Source of the DNA: an uncultured Verrucomicrobiae bacterium
GTDB lineage: Bacteria; Verrucomicrobiota; Verrucomicrobiia; Limisphaerales; Palsa-1400
NCBI GenBank assembly: GCA_963764165.1
Contig: CAVXRD010000004.1
Span: 32,001 to 96,000 of the forward strand
Direction of reading: 5' to 3'
Length of the DNA: 64,000 bases
Positions 47,890-58,444 of this stretch are shown here, in pieces (the first letter of the stretch is position 1; the number at the start of each line of letters is the position of its first letter). The position numbers and the translations under genes were made by a program. Under the pieces are notes generated by a model. That model had not been told where the DNA came from. It saw only the letters and a list, made by a program, of their open reading frames with translations, and made no database searches.

Positions 47890-50061
47890 TCAAAACAGCA
47901 GCGTTGCCCCAACCCTTATCTGGAACGGTTCGACGGGATGGAAAACTTCCGTGAACGTCGGCGACGCCGTCGGCGTAATCCTGGATGTGTAGGCGTAATC
48001 AATGTCGTGGCCGCGGCTGTCAAGCAGATTTAAAAACTCCGCGAAAAACTTCAAATGCTTGTTCGCTTGGTAACTCGCCTCGGCGTTCAACAGCAGCGTT
48101 GAAGCCGAACGGTATTCCCCATCCGAAGTCAAATCGCGAGGGCCGAAATATCGCAGCCGCAGGCTGGCCGTGAACTTGTTCCAATTCAGCAGCGACACAC
48201 CCGACGAAATCACCGCGCCCACTGCCTCCGGCACGCGCGTCCCGCCCGCACTCCCCGGCGCGGCGTCCGCCGCATCAGTCGAGGTGAAGCGCGCGGTCGA
48301 TTCCGCGATGTCAAAATCCAGGGCGAGATGTTCAATCGGCGTATAATAGTTTGCCCACTCGACACCATAACGATTGCTGTGTTGTTTGGAGGCCACCGTC
48401 GTTCCGGTATCGCCGTCCTGCTGCAATTCCGAATCGCTGTAAAGATACCAAAGCGACACCGTGCTTTGCAGATGCGGCAAGGCAAGCGAGCGCGCGCCGA
48501 TTTCCGCCCCGCGAGTTTGGATCAGCCCCGGAATTTTGGACACCGCCGTGTTGGGATACGGATTGTCCGCGGAAACGGGCTCTGCATTTTGAGTGGCGCC
48601 GCGCCCGTCGTTGCTGTGAAAGCCGAATCCTCCTTGCGCATACAACTCCGTTTTCGCCCACGGGCCAAACGTCACCCCGCCCTTCGGGCTGGGCAGCATT
48701 GTGGCGGATGTCCCGGAATTCGCGGGCGTCACCAGGCTGTTGACATCGAAGTAATCGATATCGCCGCGAAAGGCCAGCACCGAGCGAATTTTCTCCGACC
48801 ATTGAATGCGATTTTCCGCGTAAATTCCCGCCTCGGTGTCCGTAAAACGGTCCAGCTCCGTTGTGGCGGGCAGCACCGTGCCGCTGTTGACGTCGAACTT
48901 GGCGGTGCGCTGCCGATCCACCGTCTGGTAAAGGCCGTTGTCGATCCAATCGTTGCGAACCTGCAAGCCGACCGAATCCTCCATCTCCTTCCCAAACCAC
49001 TCGCTGTAAATAGAATGGCGCAAGTCCATCCCGCCGACCCACCGGTTGTCCTGCTGCTCGAATTGGTCGCCCAGCGCCGGGTCTGTCAAGTAATAGGTAA
49101 AATCCGAAAAGAGATTCAGGTAATAATAAAACCCGTAAACAGTCAGCTTTGTCTCGGTATTCTCGTCGTGGTGATGCCATTCGGCCTGAAGGCTGTATCG
49201 CTGCGACTCGCCGCCGTCCGTTGGGTTCAGCGTGCCGAAGTAGCCAACCAGCGGCAACGCATCGCTGGCAATCTGGTCGCTCGAATTCCATTTTCCGTGA
49301 TACGCCCGGCCCGAGACGCTGAAGCCGTTGGAATCCGTGCCCTGGCTGTAAGTGGCAAGTCCATTGAGTTTCAAATAATCATCCGGATGCACCCATGGCC
49401 CGTCGTCGTGATAAGCCTCGCCGCCAAAGAGCAAATGGCCGGGCCCGGCCGCTTCCGAGAACCCGAAGACTCCCCGTTCAAATCCATACGTACCGCCTTC
49501 GACTGTCACGAAATTTTGCGGCAGCGTCTGAAAGAAAACCAAATGCGCCGAGCCCGCCGAACCGTAATTGCCAACGGCGGCATCGTACGGCCCCTTCTCG
49601 TAATCCACCCGTTCGACCAATTCCGGAATGACGGTGTTCATGTCCGAATACCCTTCGCCATGCGCGTGCGAAGGCAAGTTGAGCGGCATGTCATCGATAT
49701 ACGTCGCGAAATCCGTCCCGTGATCGAGATTGAACCCGCGCAGAAAATACTGGTTCGCTTTGCCGCCGCCTGCGTGCTGGGTAATAATTACACCGGGAAT
49801 CGTCTCCAAAATTTCGCCCGCCCGCAGAATGGGGCGCGCCGCAATTTCATCCGCACCTACCGTCCCTTGCGAGGCCGAGGTCGCCGCCCCCAGCAAGCTA
49901 TCCTGCCTGCCAGTGACGACCACCTCGGGGAGCGTCGTCGTTTGATTCGTGGCGGCAGTGGCTCTGGCGGCGGGTTTATTCGTGAAAGCCTGGCCGAAAG
50001 CGCTCGTGGTGCCCGCAACGAAAGCGGACAAGAGCAGAAAATTCAATATGCGCCCTGACAT
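47890..50061 (-). CDS. TonB-dependent receptor
   Basis: TonB box EVVVTG, GGKANQYFLRGFNLDHGTDF, NLLD and terminal Phe. Confidence 0.92.
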   Translation of the reverse strand: MSGRILNFLLLSAFVAGTTSAFGQAFTNKPAARATAATNQTTTLPEVVVTGRQDSLLGAATSASQGTVGADEIAARPILRAGEILETIPGVIITQHAGGGKANQYFLRGFNLDHGTDFATYIDDMPLNLPSHAHGEGYSDMNTVIPELVERVDYEKGPYDAAVGNYGSAGSAHLVFFQTLPQNFVTVEGGTYGFERGVFGFSEAAGPGHLLFGGEAYHDDGPWVHPDDYLKLNGLATYSQGTDSNGFSVSGRAYHGKWNSSDQIASDALPLVGYFGTLNPTDGGESQRYSLQAEWHHHDENTETKLTVYGFYYYLNLFSDFTYYLTDPALGDQFEQQDNRWVGGMDLRHSIYSEWFGKEMEDSVGLQVRNDWIDNGLYQTVDRQRTAKFDVNSGTVLPATTELDRFTDTEAGIYAENRIQWSEKIRSVLAFRGDIDYFDVNSLVTPANSGTSATMLPSPKGGVTFGPWAKTELYAQGGFGFHSNDGRGATQNAEPVSADNPYPNTAVSKIPGLIQTRGAEIGARSLALPHLQSTVSLWYLYSDSELQQDGDTGTTVASKQHSNRYGVEWANYYTPIEHLALDFDIAESTARFTSTDAADAAPGSAGGTRVPEAVGAVISSGVSLLNWNKFTASLRLRYFGPRDLTSDGEYRSASTLLLNAEASYQANKHLKFFAEFLNLLDSRGHDIDYAYTSRITPTASPTFTEVFHPVEPFQIRVGATLLF

Positions 50062-50236
50062 CAATGCCTGTCTTATACGTATCTCGCCACCGGTCGGATG
50101 CAGATGGCGCAAACCACCCGCATGAGGCAGGTCGGGCAATACCCGCCATCACCGCCTTACTTGGCTTTCGACCGAAAATTTCTCACTCCCGCCCATTCCC
50201 GTCAAACGAAGATTTGACAGTTCGAAGCTCCTTCTG

Positions 50237-50265
50237 TTGACATCTTTCGCCAATGCCCATACCGT
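50237..50265 (+). promoter_or_regulatory. Sigma70-like promoter, probably producing a leaderless mRNA
   Basis: TTGACA-N17-TACCGT, 7 nt before GTG at 50273. Confidence 0.55.
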
Positions 50266-50272
50266 CGTGAGC

Positions 50273-50659
50273 GTGCTGCTTCGATTGGCCAAATTAATTC
50301 TGGTGGTGGCGCTGGCGTGTTCGATCGGTTTGCACTGGGCTCTGCTGCAATCGGTCGCGTGGAGTTCCATGCTCGCGGGGAATTTGCGCCATGACGCCCT
50401 TTACCAAGCCATTGAACACACTTTCGATGGCCAGCATCCGTGCAATCTTTGCAAGGCCATTGCGGATGGAAAAAATTCCGAGAACAAGAGCGAGATTGCT
50501 CCGCTGTCCAAATCGCTGGAGTTCCCGCCCGCCACCGAGGATGTGGCATGGTCCGCCCCGGCCGAATACTCTCTGCCGTCAGCAGCCGAAATTTTTCCGA
50601 ACCCTTCTGCTCAAACTCCGCCCACGCCCCCGCCGCGAGCGCTCCCTGCCCTCGCCTAA
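50273..50659 (+). CDS. DUF2946-like small protein (CxxC plus Pro-rich C-terminus)
   Basis: Hydrophobic N-terminus, HWALLQSVAW, TFDGQHPCNLC and PPTPPPR. Confidence 0.65.
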   Translation: MLLRLAKLILVVALACSIGLHWALLQSVAWSSMLAGNLRHDALYQAIEHTFDGQHPCNLCKAIADGKNSENKSEIAPLSKSLEFPPATEDVAWSAPAEYSLPSAAEIFPNPSAQTPPTPPPRALPALA

Positions 50660-50764
50660 GTCATAACGTTCCCTTTTGTTTCGCGCGGCTTTGCGGCGCG
50701 AGTGTTTTTTTCCTGAATTGAGGCCCGAGCGTTGCGGTGCCTCGCAACTTTGAATCTTTGTAAA

Positions 50765-51733
50765 ATGAAAATCAGCAAATTGAAAATCAGCAGAATTAGT
50801 TTTGCGGTGTTAGCCGCAGTCGTGTCGCCTGCGGCGGCTTTTGGTTGCGCTTGCGGGTGCGGTGTGTTTGATGTCGCCACTCGTTCCATGCTGCCCCAAA
50901 GTCCGGGTTGGATGTTCTTCACGGAGTTCGACTACATGGACCAGAACATGAACTGGAGCGGCGGCCACCCCGCCCCCGCCTATCAAAATGGCGATTCCGA
51001 AATCAAGACCGAGTTTACCACCTACGGTTTGCAATACATGTTTGATCGAGCCTGGGGCCTCCAGCTCGAAGTGCCCTATGATTTCCGAAAATACACGGCC
51101 AACTTTGGCGGTGGATCGACTTCATGGAGCACCGTCGGAGATCTGCGGCTGGAAGGCATCTATACCGGGTTCTTCGAGGATATGTCCGCGGGCGTGACAT
51201 TCGGCGTGAAGTTGCCCACAGGGAATGATAGCTTTGACATTCCCAGTCTCCTTGATCGCGACACGGAAATTGGAACAGGCAGCACGGATGTTCTGCTAGG
51301 CGGCTTTTACCGCCACCCGCTCAAGTCCATCGCGCCCGGCTTGTTTTGGTTCGCGCAACTGCAAACAGACATTCCCGTCCTCACCCAAGGCGGTTACCGT
51401 CCGGGTGTGGAAATTGATTCCTCCATCGGCGTTTACTACCAGGGCCTGTCGATTGGCAAAGTCCAGATAACTCCCGTGGCGCAGGTCATCCCTACGTTGC
51501 GCACCAAGGATACCGGTCCATGGGCGGCGGGCGGCGTGAACGACGCTAGCGTCACCACTCCTACAGAAGTGGATTCCGGCTATCACCGGATGCTGCTCTC
51601 GCCGGGAATCGAATTCGACATCCACCCCGTCATGATATATGCTGACGCTGAATTCGACGATCTTCAGTATTCCAAGGGAAACCAGCTTGTGGCCCCCGTC
51701 CTGTTCAAGGTCGTCGTGAGCTACAAATTCTAA
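50765..51733 (+). CDS. Outer-membrane beta-barrel transporter-like protein with N-terminal CACGC
   Basis: Signal peptide, GD..L, G.KLPTG, GTGSTD and C-terminal YKF. Confidence 0.7.
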   Translation: MKISKLKISRISFAVLAAVVSPAAAFGCACGCGVFDVATRSMLPQSPGWMFFTEFDYMDQNMNWSGGHPAPAYQNGDSEIKTEFTTYGLQYMFDRAWGLQLEVPYDFRKYTANFGGGSTSWSTVGDLRLEGIYTGFFEDMSAGVTFGVKLPTGNDSFDIPSLLDRDTEIGTGSTDVLLGGFYRHPLKSIAPGLFWFAQLQTDIPVLTQGGYRPGVEIDSSIGVYYQGLSIGKVQITPVAQVIPTLRTKDTGPWAAGGVNDASVTTPTEVDSGYHRMLLSPGIEFDIHPVMIYADAEFDDLQYSKGNQLVAPVLFKVVVSYKF

Positions 51734-51764
51734 CGTTGGGCTGACCCACAGAAAGACTTCATAT

Positions 51765-52502
51765 ATGATGACTCGAAGAAGCGCTTTGAAACTAACAGTT
51801 GCCGCTGCCGCGGTTTGCGCCGCCGCCGGACCCAACCGCATTGTTAACGCTCAAGTTCCACCCGCCCCCGCGGGGACAACCGGCGCCGCTGGACCCTACA
51901 CGGTGCCGCCGCTGCCTTATGCATTTGATGCCTTGGAGCCGCACATCGACGCCCAGACGATGCAAATTCATCATGACAAGCATCACGCCGCCTATGTGGC
52001 CAATCTGAACAAGGCCCTCGCTCCGTTCCCTGAACTTGGAAAAAAGCCAGTCGAAGAATTGGTCAGAGACTTGAGCGCAGTTCCGGAAACGGTCCGCGCC
52101 GCTGTTCGCAACCAGGGAGGCGGCCACTATAACCACTCGTTGTTCTGGCAGATGATGAGCAAGAATGGCGGTGGCGCGCCATCCGGTGAATTGTCGAAGG
52201 CCATCGAGGCTGCGTTTGGCAGTTTCGCCGCCTTCACCGAACAATTCACGAAGGCGGCAACCGGACAATTCGGCAGCGGCTGGGCGTGGCTGGTGCTGGA
52301 TCACGGTCAGCTAAAAATCGAGCCTTCGTCGAATCAAGATTCGCCCGTGAGCGCAGGCAAGCAACCGCTGCTTGGGGTTGATGTTTGGGAGCATGCGTAT
52401 TACCTGAAATACCAGAATCGCCGTCCGGAGTATGTCGCGGCGTGGTTCAAGGTGATTAACTGGGATTTCGTTGCTCACAGGTTCCAAAGCAAGGACGCCT
52501 GA
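51765..52502 (+). CDS. sodA: Mn/Fe superoxide dismutase with a Tat signal (Mn-type signature)
   Basis: [29 protein letters not shown] and DVWEHAYY. Confidence 0.9.
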   Translation: MMTRRSALKLTVAAAAVCAAAGPNRIVNAQVPPAPAGTTGAAGPYTVPPLPYAFDALEPHIDAQTMQIHHDKHHAAYVANLNKALAPFPELGKKPVEELVRDLSAVPETVRAAVRNQGGGHYNHSLFWQMMSKNGGGAPSGELSKAIEAAFGSFAAFTEQFTKAATGQFGSGWAWLVLDHGQLKIEPSSNQDSPVSAGKQPLLGVDVWEHAYYLKYQNRRPEYVAAWFKVINWDFVAHRFQSKDA

Positions 52503-52618
52503 CTCCGGGGCGGAACGAGCGACCCTGGCCTCAACCGCCGGTGCGCGGGCTTGCCAAAGGCGCGAGGGTTTGGATAATTGAGAATCGTTGCTGGCGATGA
52601 TTCTCTCACAAACCACTC

Positions 52619-54241
52619 ATGCCTGGTCCGTTGCTTAAACGGGCGTTGAGCGCGCTGCTGCCGATCTTCTGGCTCGCGCTGGCGGGTTGCTCGCCCGCGG
52701 AACCGAAAGCCGGCGTGGTCATCATCAACGGGCCGGATCCCGAAACGCTCGACCCCGCCCTTGGCACGGGCATTGAAGATTTGCGCATTATCAGCGCGTT
52801 GTCCGAAGGATTGACACGCAATGATCCAGATACTTCACGCGCCATTCCCGGGCTAGCCGAGAGTTGGGAGATTTCGCCGGACGGGCTCGTTTACACGTTT
52901 CACTTGCGCGATCACCTCCAGTGGGGCCCGAACGATCCCATCGCGGCGGACGATGTGGTTTATTCCTGGCTGCGGGCGCTGGCGCCGGAAACGGCTTCGG
53001 AATATGCGGGGCAGCTTTATTACATCAAGAATGGCGAGGCTTACAACAGCGGCAAACTCAAGGACGCCGCGCAAGTGGGCGTGAAGGCGCTGGATGCGCG
53101 GACGCTGCGGGTGGAGTTGAATCATCCAACGGCGTTTTTCCTGGAATTGTGCGCGTTTCAAACGCTCGCCGTGGTGCCGCGCAAAGTCATTGATCGCTAC
53201 GGCGAGGATTGGATGCGCGTGAAGCCATTGCCGACCAGCGGGCCGTATCTGCTCGGAGACTGGCGCTTGAATGACAAGATTCGCCTCGTCAAGAACCCGT
53301 ATTATTGGGACGCCGCCAACACGCGCACCGAGATCATCGATTGTCTTCCCATTAGCACGCCGAGCACGGCGCTGAATCTTTATCAGACCGGCGCGGCGGA
53401 TATAATATGGGACCAGGATAATATTCCGAGCGAGTTGCTCGACGTCCTTTCCAAGCGGCCCGATTATCACACGTTCCCCTACATCGGGACCTACTTTCTG
53501 CGTTTCAATGTGACGCGGCCGCCATTCAATGACGCGCGCGTGCGGAAGGCGCTGGCGATGACCATCGACAAAAAGCGTTTGGTGGAGAATTTTCTGCGCG
53601 GCGGCGAGCCGATTGCCGACCATCTTGTCCCCGACGGAACGGCCAATTACGAGGGAGCCAAAGGCTTGGGATACGATCCCGCGCAAGCCAGGCGCCTCCT
53701 GGCCGAAGCGGGATTTCCCGACGGCAAGGGCTTTCCGCATTGCTCGTATCTTTTCGACGCGGCGGCGGGCGGCGGGCAAATCCATTCAAAGGTCGCCGTC
53801 GAATTGCAGCAAATGTGGCAGCAGCAACTTGGCATCCACATTGAATTGCGCCAGATGGAGAAACGCTCCTACATGGTCTCGCAGAACAATCTTGATTACG
53901 ACGTCAGCCGCAGCACGTGGATCGGCGATTACAATGATCCGAACACGTTTCTGGATTTGTTCCGCAGCGACAACGGGAACAACCGCACCGGCTGGAAAAA
54001 CGCCCGTTACGACGCGCTTCTCAACGAGGGCAACAGTCAAGTCGATTTAAAAAAGCGCGCGGAATTGTTAAAGGAGGCCGAAACCATTCTCGTGCACGAC
54101 GAAGCTCCCATCGTTCCGATTTATTTTTATGTGGGCTTCAATTATTACAATCCGGCGCGGATCAAGGGCGTTTATCCGAACATCCTCGACGTGCATCCGC
54201 TGAATGCGATTTATAAAGTCGCAGACACGAAGCCAAATTGA
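52619..54241 (+). CDS. oppA: Oligopeptide ABC transporter substrate-binding lipoprotein
   Basis: LAGC lipobox, PETLDP, PGLAESW...DGLVYTFHLR and WIGDYNDP. Confidence 0.88.
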   Translation: MPGPLLKRALSALLPIFWLALAGCSPAEPKAGVVIINGPDPETLDPALGTGIEDLRIISALSEGLTRNDPDTSRAIPGLAESWEISPDGLVYTFHLRDHLQWGPNDPIAADDVVYSWLRALAPETASEYAGQLYYIKNGEAYNSGKLKDAAQVGVKALDARTLRVELNHPTAFFLELCAFQTLAVVPRKVIDRYGEDWMRVKPLPTSGPYLLGDWRLNDKIRLVKNPYYWDAANTRTEIIDCLPISTPSTALNLYQTGAADIIWDQDNIPSELLDVLSKRPDYHTFPYIGTYFLRFNVTRPPFNDARVRKALAMTIDKKRLVENFLRGGEPIADHLVPDGTANYEGAKGLGYDPAQARRLLAEAGFPDGKGFPHCSYLFDAAAGGGQIHSKVAVELQQMWQQQLGIHIELRQMEKRSYMVSQNNLDYDVSRSTWIGDYNDPNTFLDLFRSDNGNNRTGWKNARYDALLNEGNSQVDLKKRAELLKEAETILVHDEAPIVPIYFYVGFNYYNPARIKGVYPNILDVHPLNAIYKVADTKPN

Positions 54242-54244
54242 GCC

Positions 54245-55159
54245 ATGTATTTCGTCAAACGCATTCTCTTTCTCTTTCCGCTGCTGCTGCTCATCAGCTT
54301 TCTGACGTTTCTGATGGTGCATGCCATGCCGGGGGGGCCGTTTGACCGCGAACGCGCGCCTGCGTCGCCGGAAATCGAGCATCGGCTGCTGGCGAAATAT
54401 CATTTGGACGAGCCGATTCTGAAACAATACGCGCGTTACCTCGGCGGCATTCTGCACGGAGACTTCGGCCCGTCGATGAAATATCGCAATCACACCGTCA
54501 CGGACATCATCGTGGCTGGCCTGCCGGTTTCGTTGACGCTCGGAGGTCTGGCTTTTCTCTGCGCCATTGGCCTCGGATTGCCGCTGGGATTTTTCACGGC
54601 GGTGCGCAAAGGCGGCTGGGGAGATTACACGGGAAGCGTGGTCGCCGCCGTCATCATTTGCGTGCCGAGCCTCGTGATCGGGCCAATTCTCGTGATGCTC
54701 TTTGCAATCAAATGGCGATGGTTCCCCGTTGCGCTTTGGGGTTCGCCGCTGCAAGTCGTTTTGCCAACATTGACGCTTGGTCTTTATTTCGCCGGACGCA
54801 TTGCCCGGCTGGTGCATGAGGGAATGCTCTCGACTCTCCATGCGGAATTTATTACGACGGCGCGGGCGAAGGGATTAAGCGAAACGTCCATTCTCCTGCG
54901 CCACGCCTTTCGAATTGCGGTGCTCCCTGCCCTTTCCTATTCGGGTCCGATGCTGGCGGATTTGCTGACGGGATCGTTTGTGGTGGAAAATCTTTTTCAA
55001 ATTCCGGGGCTTGGCGTTTACACCGTCAACAGTTCGCTCAACGCCGATTACACGATGGCGGTCGGTCTCGTCCTGCTTTACGCCGTGCTGCTGCTGGTGT
55101 TGAACCTGCTGGTGGATTTCGCGCATGGCATTCTTGATCCGCGCGTGCGTTATGAGTGA
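54245..55159 (+). CDS. oppB: Oligopeptide ABC transporter permease
   Basis: PGGPF, GDFGPS, TARAKGL and LDPRVR. Confidence 0.9.
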   Translation: MYFVKRILFLFPLLLLISFLTFLMVHAMPGGPFDRERAPASPEIEHRLLAKYHLDEPILKQYARYLGGILHGDFGPSMKYRNHTVTDIIVAGLPVSLTLGGLAFLCAIGLGLPLGFFTAVRKGGWGDYTGSVVAAVIICVPSLVIGPILVMLFAIKWRWFPVALWGSPLQVVLPTLTLGLYFAGRIARLVHEGMLSTLHAEFITTARAKGLSETSILLRHAFRIAVLPALSYSGPMLADLLTGSFVVENLFQIPGLGVYTVNSSLNADYTMAVGLVLLYAVLLLVLNLLVDFAHGILDPRVRYE

Positions 55160-56117
55160 GCAACCGCATCGCAGCCCAAACCAGCGCGCGTGGCGGCGTT
55201 TCTGCCGGAATCGCGGCGCCATCGTTTCGTTATTCTTATTGACGCTGCTTGTGGCGGCGGTGGTGGGCTGGCCGATCTTCCGTACCGGCCCCATCGCGCG
55301 CATTGTGCCAGCGGCCATGAGTTATTTGCCCGACAGCGTTTCGGACGCTCAATTCGCCCCGCCCGGCCGCGAGCATTGGTTCGGCACCGACGCGCATGGG
55401 CGCGATCTTTTGAGCCGCGTCTGCCATGGTTCGACCATTTCGCTGATGGTGGGTTTGGTCGGGGCGGCGGTGAGTTTGATCATCGGAGTTTTGTGGGGCG
55501 CGGTGGCGGGTTATCGAGGCGGCCGATTGGACGGCGTGATGATGCGGTTCGTCGATATTCTCTATGCCATGCCAACCGTCGTGTTTGTCATCGTCCTTGT
55601 GACGGCGATCAATGGGCTGGTCGGAAAATGGCAAACCGGGCCCAAGCCGCTTTCGGACGCCGGCGCGCATGCGCTGCGGTTCGTGGGGTTATTCGTCGGA
55701 TTGGGCGCGGTATCGTGGCTGACAATGGCGCGCATTGTGCGGGGGCAAGTGATTTCACTGCGGCAGCGACCGTTTGTGGACGCGAGCCTTGCCTTGGGCG
55801 CGAGCCACTGGCGCATCATTTGGCGGCACATCCTGCCCAATGTTTACGGTGTTATTATCGTGTATTTGACGCTGCTGATTCCCTCCATCATCCTTTATGA
55901 ATCGTTCCTAAGTTACTTGGGATTGGGAATTCAACCGCCGCAAGCCAGCCTGGGTTCGCTGCTGGCCAGCGGGGCGGAACAAATAAATCCGGTTCGAATC
56001 TACTGGTGGCTGATCGTTTTTCCGGGAGCGATGCTTACGGTGACGCTGCTGGCGTTGACCTTTGTAGGAGATGGGTTGCGGGATGCGTTTGATCCAAGGG
56101 GTGATCGGACGAGTTGA
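55152..56117 (+). CDS. oppC: Oligopeptide ABC transporter permease
   Basis: HWFGTD..GRD, RHILPN, ESFLSYLGLG and GDGLRDAFDP. Confidence 0.9.
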   Translation: MSEQPHRSPNQRAWRRFCRNRGAIVSLFLLTLLVAAVVGWPIFRTGPIARIVPAAMSYLPDSVSDAQFAPPGREHWFGTDAHGRDLLSRVCHGSTISLMVGLVGAAVSLIIGVLWGAVAGYRGGRLDGVMMRFVDILYAMPTVVFVIVLVTAINGLVGKWQTGPKPLSDAGAHALRFVGLFVGLGAVSWLTMARIVRGQVISLRQRPFVDASLALGASHWRIIWRHILPNVYGVIIVYLTLLIPSIILYESFLSYLGLGIQPPQASLGSLLASGAEQINPVRIYWWLIVFPGAMLTVTLLALTFVGDGLRDAFDPRGDRTS

Positions 56118-56124
56118 GGGGCAA

Positions 56125-56303
56125 CGGTAGGGCGAGGCTCCCGCCGAGCCGGTCCCCGTAGCGCAGGTTTCCAAACCTGCCGTATCGAAGGCTTCCAAGC
56201 CTGCATGCCATGATAACGGCAAGCGGGTTTGGAAACCCGCGATACGGCAGACTTGGAAGTCTGCGCTACGTGGGGATGGCTCGGCAGGAGCCTCGCCCTA
56301 CCG
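56125..56303. repeat. Nested REPIN-like element (two GTAG-type REP families)
   Basis: Outer IR CGGTAGGGCGAGGCTCCCGCCGAGCC / GGCTCGGCAGGAGCCTCGCCCTACCG; inner IR GTAGCGCAGGTTTCCAAACCTGCCGTATCG / CGATACGGCAGACTTGGAAGTCTGCGCTAC. Confidence 0.8.
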
Positions 56304-56372
56304 CATTTTGTGGAGAGTTCGAGTGGTGGATTTTTCGGGATTCTCGTTGGCAAATTTGGCATCCTGCGCTTA

Positions 56373-56753
56373 ATGGATGGCACAAGTTCAGTGCGGATGG
56401 ACAAATGGCTTTGGGCAGTGCGCGTTTTTAAGACGCGCAGCCTGGCGACCGACGCCTGCCGACACGGTCATGTCACGATCAGTGGGCTGCCGGTGAAACC
56501 GGCGCGGGAGGTGCGCGTGGGCGAAATTATCATTGTCCGGAAGGATGAAATCATGCGGCAATTCAAAGTTCTGCAATTGCTGGGACAGCGCGTGGGCGCG
56601 CCGAAAGTGGCTGAATTCGCCGAGGATCAAACTTCGTCGGAAGAATTGCAAAAACGCCGCGAGCCGAATCTGAAGCCATATATTTTCCGCCCGAAAGGAG
56701 CGGGAAGGCCCACGAAGAAAGAGCGCAGGCAGATGGACAAGCTGGCCTACTGA
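56373..56753 (+). CDS. hslR: Ribosome-associated heat shock protein Hsp15 (S4 domain)
   Basis: RMDKWLWAVRVFKTRSLA and GRPTKKERR. Confidence 0.9.
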   Translation: MDGTSSVRMDKWLWAVRVFKTRSLATDACRHGHVTISGLPVKPAREVRVGEIIIVRKDEIMRQFKVLQLLGQRVGAPKVAEFAEDQTSSEELQKRREPNLKPYIFRPKGAGRPTKKERRQMDKLAY

Positions 56754-56833
56754 TTATGGCTGCACAGTGTTCGCGCCGCTCCCGATGGGAAGAATGGGAG
56801 GAAGGCGAATTATGGGAATTATGGGACGCCCGA

Positions 56834-58165
56834 TTAATTTTTGGCCGCCACCACGATCTTCTCCGGGCGATACCCACCCTTCGCCCGGTCGCGCAGCCAG
56901 ATTGCGCCGAAGACGACCAGCAGAATCGCGGGCAGAATGGCCACCACGCGGAATGTATAGGAGCCGGCGTGCGCCAGAATGTCATCCATTTTCGGACCCG
57001 GCTGCAATGCCTGGAAGGCCGCATCGCCGCCAGCTTGCTGGATTTTCGCGCGATCATAAATTTTGCCCAATTGCGGGAGCACCAGATAAACCGAGAGCGT
57101 CCCCGCCGTCCCCATCAATCCTATCAGCAGCGCTCCGCCGCGCGGAAATCGCTCCGACGCGCTGGCCAGCATGGTTGGCCACATATAACAGACACCCGTG
57201 CCCCAAACCGTCGCGGCGAGGAAACCCGTCACCGGTGAATTCGCGTAACTCAGCAGGAACAATCCAAGGGACGCCATCAAGCACGAAATCCAAAGCAAAC
57301 CAATCGGCGAAAGCCTGTGGGCAATCGGACCGGCAAAATGCCGCATGCAAAACATCAGCGCGCTGACGTATACCAGCAGCGCAATCCCCTTGATGCCGAC
57401 CGTCCGCGTCAGCGCCATGTTGACCCATTCGCCTGGAGCGAGTTCCGAGGATGCCGTCAAGAACATGCAGCAAAAGAGAAGAAGAAAGAGCGGTTGCGCA
57501 AGCTGGCCCCACATTTCTTTGGCGGGAACGCCCGCCGCCACGCGTTCGGTGGGCGGAAATTTTTGAGTCAAGGCCCAGATTCCGAAAATCGCGGCGGGCA
57601 GCATGACAATCGCCATTTGAATTTCCCATGCGACTTCCAGTTTGCTCAAGCCCAGCCCCAGCAATCCGCCAATAATAATTCCGCCCGGCCACCAAGCGTG
57701 GAGAGTATTCAACCGTCCGGTTTTCTCCTCTGGATACAGCGTCGCGGTCAAGGGATTGACCACCGTCTCCACCAGTCCCCAGCCCAGCCCAATAATGAAC
57801 ATGCCCGCCTTCACCATTTGGAAAACCGAAATGAGTCCGTGAATTTGCGGAGCGAAAATAACCATCGCCGTCCCGATGATGAAACACGATGCGGAAACCA
57901 CCAGCAGCCGGCCCATGCCAATGTAATCGAGCAGTGGACTGCCGATGGCAATCACCATCGCGAAACCAAGGAACGGCAGACCCAGCGCCTCGCCCACCAT
58001 GGAGGCCGATTGAAGTTTATCGATGTTGTCGAAGACTTTTTGCAGGTCAGTGGCGACATTGCCGCGAATGACGAATCCAATTCCGGCGGTCACCAGCGCC
58101 ATGACGCTGATCCAGAACAATTGGGCTTTGTGAGTGTTCGATACGGTTGAGGGCGTTGGTTCCAT
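56834..58165 (-). CDS. MFS transporter
   Basis: About 12 TM segments; E.VVNPL.A.LYP....LN.LHAWWPGG. Confidence 0.85.
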   Translation of the reverse strand: MEPTPSTVSNTHKAQLFWISVMALVTAGIGFVIRGNVATDLQKVFDNIDKLQSASMVGEALGLPFLGFAMVIAIGSPLLDYIGMGRLLVVSASCFIIGTAMVIFAPQIHGLISVFQMVKAGMFIIGLGWGLVETVVNPLTATLYPEEKTGRLNTLHAWWPGGIIIGGLLGLGLSKLEVAWEIQMAIVMLPAAIFGIWALTQKFPPTERVAAGVPAKEMWGQLAQPLFLLLFCCMFLTASSELAPGEWVNMALTRTVGIKGIALLVYVSALMFCMRHFAGPIAHRLSPIGLLWISCLMASLGLFLLSYANSPVTGFLAATVWGTGVCYMWPTMLASASERFPRGGALLIGLMGTAGTLSVYLVLPQLGKIYDRAKIQQAGGDAAFQALQPGPKMDDILAHAGSYTFRVVAILPAILLVVFGAIWLRDRAKGGYRPEKIVVAAKN

Positions 58166-58444
58166 AACAATTTATTGCTCGCAAAAATGGGTTAACGGGT
58201 GGGAGTGAACCCGATGCCCCCAATGCAAGTCAACGAAAAAGGTGATGTTGGCGGCGGCAGGGACAAGACTGCCAATCCGTCCCCGTTGGTCCTATAAGTC
58301 CCATTAGTCCTATTTTCATGGAAGGAATGGGAATAATGGGACGGCGAGGAATTTTCCGTGCTTGTGCCGGGGACGCGTGGCAAACTAATTTTAGGCATCG
58401 GCAACGGGCGACGGAGTTAAGGCTCCGTTGGGATTTGCAGCCTG

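Noticed and set aside
50062..50230. Cobalamin riboswitch before the TonB-dependent receptor
   Set aside because: The B12-box and conserved GGGAA/GCCACTG elements are not recognisable; kept only as an unassigned structured leader.
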